This document shows positions 17,316 to 20,000 of a stretch of DNA of 20,000 bases, one piece after another. The notes beneath the pieces were generated by a model. That model worked only from the letters and a program-made list of their open reading frames with translations, did not search any database and had not been told where the DNA came from. The position numbers and the translations under genes were made by a program. The first letter of the stretch is position 1, and every line of letters starts with the position of its first letter. The DNA is taken from IMG/VR virus record IMGVR_UViG_3300027963_005142. The stretch is one strand, 5' to 3'. Origin of the DNA: an uncultured virus (IMG/VR IMGVR_UViG_3300027963_005142) (Duplodnaviria; Heunggongvirae; Uroviricota; Caudoviricetes).

Positions 17316-17732
17316 GTGATCGCACCTAAGTCACCATACAACCTGATCCAAGAGACAGTTCAACACGATCCGTGGAGAGTTCTAGTTGTCTGTATTTTCT
17401 GCAATCTGACTCGCAGAGTAGTTGCAGAGCCTTACATGTGGAAGTTCTTTGAACGCTGGCCGACAGCAGAGAGTGCTGCTCACGCCAATGCAGAAGAGAT
17501 CAGAGACCTAATTGCTGACCTCGGCCTCTCAGACCGTCGTAGCAAAACGCTAGTAAAGCTGTCTCAAGCTTTCGTGAACTGGGACGGCAATGATGTAAGA
17601 TCTCTACCCGGCGTTGGAGATTACGCAGGAGCTGCTTACGACATCTTCTGCTTGCACAAGTGGGATGACATTCCAGAGCCTAAAGACGGTGCACTTAAGA
17701 ACTACTGGAAGTGGATCAACAACAAAGAGTAA
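17316..17732 (+). CDS. MBD4-like HhH-GPD DNA glycosylase (glycosylase domain only)
   Basis: 'PKSPYNLIQETVQHDPWRVLVVCIFCNLT...WKFFERWPTAE...LGLSDRRSKTLVK...LPGVGDY...YDIFC...W..IPEPKDGALKNY..W' parallels the MBD4 catalytic domain as I recall it (PRSPFNLVQE...DPWKLLIATIFLNRT...PEDHKLNKY). The catalytic Asp is retained. Confidence 0.88.
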   Translation: MIAPKSPYNLIQETVQHDPWRVLVVCIFCNLTRRVVAEPYMWKFFERWPTAESAAHANAEEIRDLIADLGLSDRRSKTLVKLSQAFVNWDGNDVRSLPGVGDYAGAAYDIFCLHKWDDIPEPKDGALKNYWKWINNKE

Positions 17733-17801
17733 GCTAGGTTTAAAATACGGATGTTCTCATCACACAATACTAAAACTTGTTCGGAATGGCTTTAAAGCCT
17801 A

Positions 17802-17808
17802 AAGGAGG
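17802..17808 (+). promoter_or_regulatory. Strong Shine-Dalgarno site ahead of the ATC start of the Fpg/Nei gene
   Basis: AAGGAGG followed by a 5-nt spacer (ATACC), then ATC-CCA-GAA-GGC-CCC-GAG-GTT. Confidence 0.8.
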
Positions 17809-17813
17809 ATACC

Positions 17814-18617
17814 ATCCCAGAAGGCCCCGAGGTTAGAATTGTTACAGATTCTTTGGCAAAGTCAATTGCGGGAATGACAATTGTGTCGATTGAAGTTCTT
17901 TCTGGAAGATACGTGCGACACGGAGATCCTGACGGGCTAGATGATTTTTCTAGCGTGATTCCGGCTACAGTTGACGCTGTAGCCTGCAAGGGCAAGTTCA
18001 TCTACTTCAAGGTGGGCAACTGGTTCATCTGGAACACACTGGGGATGACCGGAGGCTGGAGCCGAGGCCCGCAGAAGCACAGCAGGGTGCGTTTCACTTT
18101 CTCCGACGGAAGCAAGCTACACTTCAACGACGCTAGAAACTTTGGAACACTAAAGTTTGTCAGAGGAGAAGAAGAGCTACACCAGAAGCTTCAGTCTCTA
18201 GGTCCTGACATGCTCGCAGAAGATGTCAAAGACGACATCTTCGAGCAGCGCGTAGGGAATCTAAAGGGTACAATCGCAGAGGGACTGATGAATCAGTCAG
18301 TCGTCTGCGGCGTTGGAAACTATCTGAAGTCCGAGTCGCTCTACTTCGCTCAGATCTCACCTCATCGGCTCTGCAAAGACTTGTCGCCTGTTGAGCTGAA
18401 GCGACTCAATGAGACAGTCAAGAAGGTGATCCGAGCATCTTATGCTACCGGTGGTGCAACAATCTACACCTTTCAGAATTTTGAAGGCCAGAAAGGTGAG
18501 TACACTAGACGATTTGCCGTCTATAATCAAGTGAAGGATCCGCAGGGTCTTGAAGTCACGCGTGAGGTCACGAATGATGGAAGGACAACATTTTGGGTAA
18601 AAGGAGTACAATCATGA
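17814..18617 (+). CDS. Fpg/Nei-family DNA glycosylase/AP lyase, zincless-finger type; start revised to ATC at 17814
   Basis: Catalytic N-terminus PEGPEV at 17817-17834 is in frame with the 17853 ORF. Also 'CKGKFIY', 'LGMTG', 'FNDARNFG', 'LGPD', H2TH 'LMNQSVVCGVGNYLKSESLY', and C-terminal 'VY...DPQG...DGRTTFWV' without Cys. Confidence 0.9.
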   Translation: MPEGPEVRIVTDSLAKSIAGMTIVSIEVLSGRYVRHGDPDGLDDFSSVIPATVDAVACKGKFIYFKVGNWFIWNTLGMTGGWSRGPQKHSRVRFTFSDGSKLHFNDARNFGTLKFVRGEEELHQKLQSLGPDMLAEDVKDDIFEQRVGNLKGTIAEGLMNQSVVCGVGNYLKSESLYFAQISPHRLCKDLSPVELKRLNETVKKVIRASYATGGATIYTFQNFEGQKGEYTRRFAVYNQVKDPQGLEVTREVTNDGRTTFWVKGVQS

Positions 18618-18850
18618 AATACAGTCTTTCTGATACGTCTATCGCACAGATTGCAAAGCTCTTGCAGCTTGCAATTATCACTGGAACAGATATTGTCGAC
18701 AATCTTCGACTGATGCAGCTCGTTGCATCCGAAGATGGATCGCTAGTTCCCGAGCCAGAGTACCTTGAGAACTTTGATAAGAATCTCAACAAGCTCATCG
18801 CTCAGGCAGCAGCCGCTCAGTTCGAGGCTGGAGACGAGGAGTCAAACTAG
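18614..18850 (+). CDS. Hypothetical protein (78 aa)
   Basis: ATG at 18614 overlaps the Fpg stop (ATGA) and has SD AAGGAG at 18601-18606, so it is preferred over the track's 18593 start. Confidence 0.75.
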   Translation: MKYSLSDTSIAQIAKLLQLAIITGTDIVDNLRLMQLVASEDGSLVPEPEYLENFDKNLNKLIAQAAAAQFEAGDEESN

Positions 18851-19224
18851 TGGACAAGCTCGATCAGATCTTCGAGAAGCGTCGTGCATATATGGCGGCA
18901 CTGCGATCGCGTGTTCCTGACGCTTATCCTGAGGGGAACATAGATCTAAGCACTCGCAAGTCTCAGCAGCTCTGTCGCGACATGGCACTGCGAGGAGTTG
19001 AAGAAGTTTTTGAAGCCCTTGGGCATCTCAAGAACTGGAAGCCGCATCGTCAGACAGAGGTCGTCGCAGACTTCAATCGTGATGAGTTTAAAGAGGAGAT
19101 GGTTGATGCTTTCAACTACTTCCTGTCGCTCATGATCATGATCGGCGTTGACTCTGACGAGCTATTCGCTGCCTACGACAAGAAAGACAAGATTATCCAC
19201 GAAAGGCTTAAGACGGGTTACTAA
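18850..19224 (+). CDS. All-alpha NTP pyrophosphatase (dimeric dUTPase / dCTPase / MazG superfamily)
   Basis: 'GVEEVFEALGHLKNWKPH...FKEEMVDAFNY...Y.KK..I..ER...GY' contains the E..E / W K.. / EE.VD metal-binding pattern. Confidence 0.85.
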   Translation: MDKLDQIFEKRRAYMAALRSRVPDAYPEGNIDLSTRKSQQLCRDMALRGVEEVFEALGHLKNWKPHRQTEVVADFNRDEFKEEMVDAFNYFLSLMIMIGVDSDELFAAYDKKDKIIHERLKTGY

Positions 19225-20000
19225 TGAAATTTGCAGACATGCTTGATCGCCAGAAGGAATTCTCTGATCTCTTCTTCAGCTCAGAGAGCTTCAGCGATGC
19301 AAAGCGTGAAGAGATGACCAAGAGCTTTGCTCTTGCTCTTCACGGAGAAGTCACTGACCTTGTGAGCTCTATCAACTTCAAGGATCACCACGCGAACAGG
19401 AAGACACCTGATCGTGAGAAGATTCTCTACGAGTCTGTTGATGCTCTGCGGTATCTACTTGCGATCATGAATGTCTGGGGATTTGATCAGAGAGAAGTTG
19501 TTGAGGCTTTCAAAGATAAAGATACCTTCCTGCATACTCGCCGCAGGGTTGAGACTTCTAAGTGGGACGGTCGCCCAGTGCTGATAGTCGATGTAGACGA
19601 CGTCATCGCACACTTCAGAAAGTCATACTTTGAATGGCTCGACGCTTCTCACGGAATCAAGATCTCTCACGATTACCCGGAGTACTATGCTTCGACACCG
19701 CTCAAGGATCGCGGGATCAATCCAGAGTCTTCTTTCAAGGATTTCATCAGCGATAGAGGTCTTCGCACTATCGAAGTGATTGAAGGCATGGTTGAGACTC
19801 TGCAGAGATCTCGAGAGATGGGTTTTTGGGTGCAACTCTTGACAGCTCGCCCAGACCAGAACCTAATCTGTTTGTACGATACATACAGCTGGCTCGACGC
19901 TGCTGGAGTCCCCTTCGACGGAATCTCCTTCAGCGGAGAGAAGTACCGATGGATAGTTCAAAGCCAGTTCTACGGTCGTGTCGCTGCTTGCATTGACGAT
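19224..20000 (+). CDS. Fusion of all-alpha NTP-pyrophosphatase-like domain and HAD 5'(3')-nucleotidase-like domain, 3'-truncated
   Basis: Absent from the ORF track because there is no stop in the window. My translation from ATG 19224 (TAATG overlap) reads MKFADMLDRQKEF...ALALHGEVTDLVSSINFKDH...ILYESVDALRYLL, then HAD motif I 'VLIVDVDDVI' (first Asp at 19590), motif II 'LLTARP', 'SGEK', and motif IV 'CIDD' at the window end. Confidence 0.85.
   Translation, partial: MKFADMLDRQKEFSDLFFSSESFSDAKREEMTKSFALALHGEVTDLVSSINFKDHHANRKTPDREKILYESVDALRYLLAIMNVWGFDQREVVEAFKDKDTFLHTRRRVETSKWDGRPVLIVDVDDVIAHFRKSYFEWLDASHGIKISHDYPEYYASTPLKDRGINPESSFKDFISDRGLRTIEVIEGMVETLQRSREMGFWVQLLTARPDQNLICLYDTYSWLDAAGVPFDGISFSGEKYRWIVQSQFYGRVAACIDD

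Larger units (their letters stand above)
1..20000 (+). mobile_element. Segment of a large tailed (contractile-tail) bacteriophage genome
   Basis: Baseplate-like genes sit next to gp32-type SSB, RecA, stand-alone 5'-3' exonuclease, DnaB-like helicase, NrdJ and ThyX. Genes are on one strand with many TAATG/ATGA overlaps, and the arrangement does not match a cellular operon. Confidence 0.9.

Noticed and set aside
8915..17765. CATCACAC occurring at 8915, 15859 and 17758
   Set aside because: It is only 8 bp, its position relative to start codons is inconsistent, and it is compatible with chance.
17853..17855. ORF-track TTG start for Fpg/Nei
   Set aside because: It would omit the catalytic PEGPEV N-terminus. 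The SD points to ATC at 17814.
1..20000. tRNA, CRISPR array, or stop-codon reassignment
   Set aside because: Intergenic gaps are under 100 nt with no cloverleaf or repeat-spacer pattern. Genes are full length in the standard code, and TAA, TAG and TGA all serve as stops.

Overview
All genes lie on the + strand and are tightly packed. The window looks like a segment of a large ('jumbo/huge'-type) tailed phage genome with a contractile-tail baseplate. Order: (i) end of a baseplate module (5'-truncated >1089-aa tube-initiator-like protein, small LysM/gp53-like wedge protein, 991-aa hub-like protein); (ii) a minimal family-A DNA polymerase translationally coupled to a degenerate HD-domain protein, then a hypothetical protein; (iii) a replication/recombination block (gp32-type SSB, RecA, 5'-3' exonuclease, DnaB-like helicase); (iv) nucleotide metabolism and proteolysis (class II RNR NrdJ, ClpP, DUF2061-like membrane protein, ThyX); (v) a base-excision/nucleotide-sanitising block (MBD4-like HhH glycosylase, zincless Fpg/Nei, small hypothetical, all-alpha dNTP pyrophosphatase, and a 3'-truncated pyrophosphatase-HAD phosphatase fusion). 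Most notable observations: the Fpg gene appears to need an ATC start codon; three sigma70-type promoters share a leaderless '-10 + NNTTC + start codon' layout; the recA promoter sits inside a perfect 12-bp inverted repeat; the mini-PolA carries Met at the 762 position and is paired with an HD protein whose HD dyad is HE; and the repair/pool-editing block hints at a modified-base genome. Family calls come from motifs recognised by eye, not from database searches.
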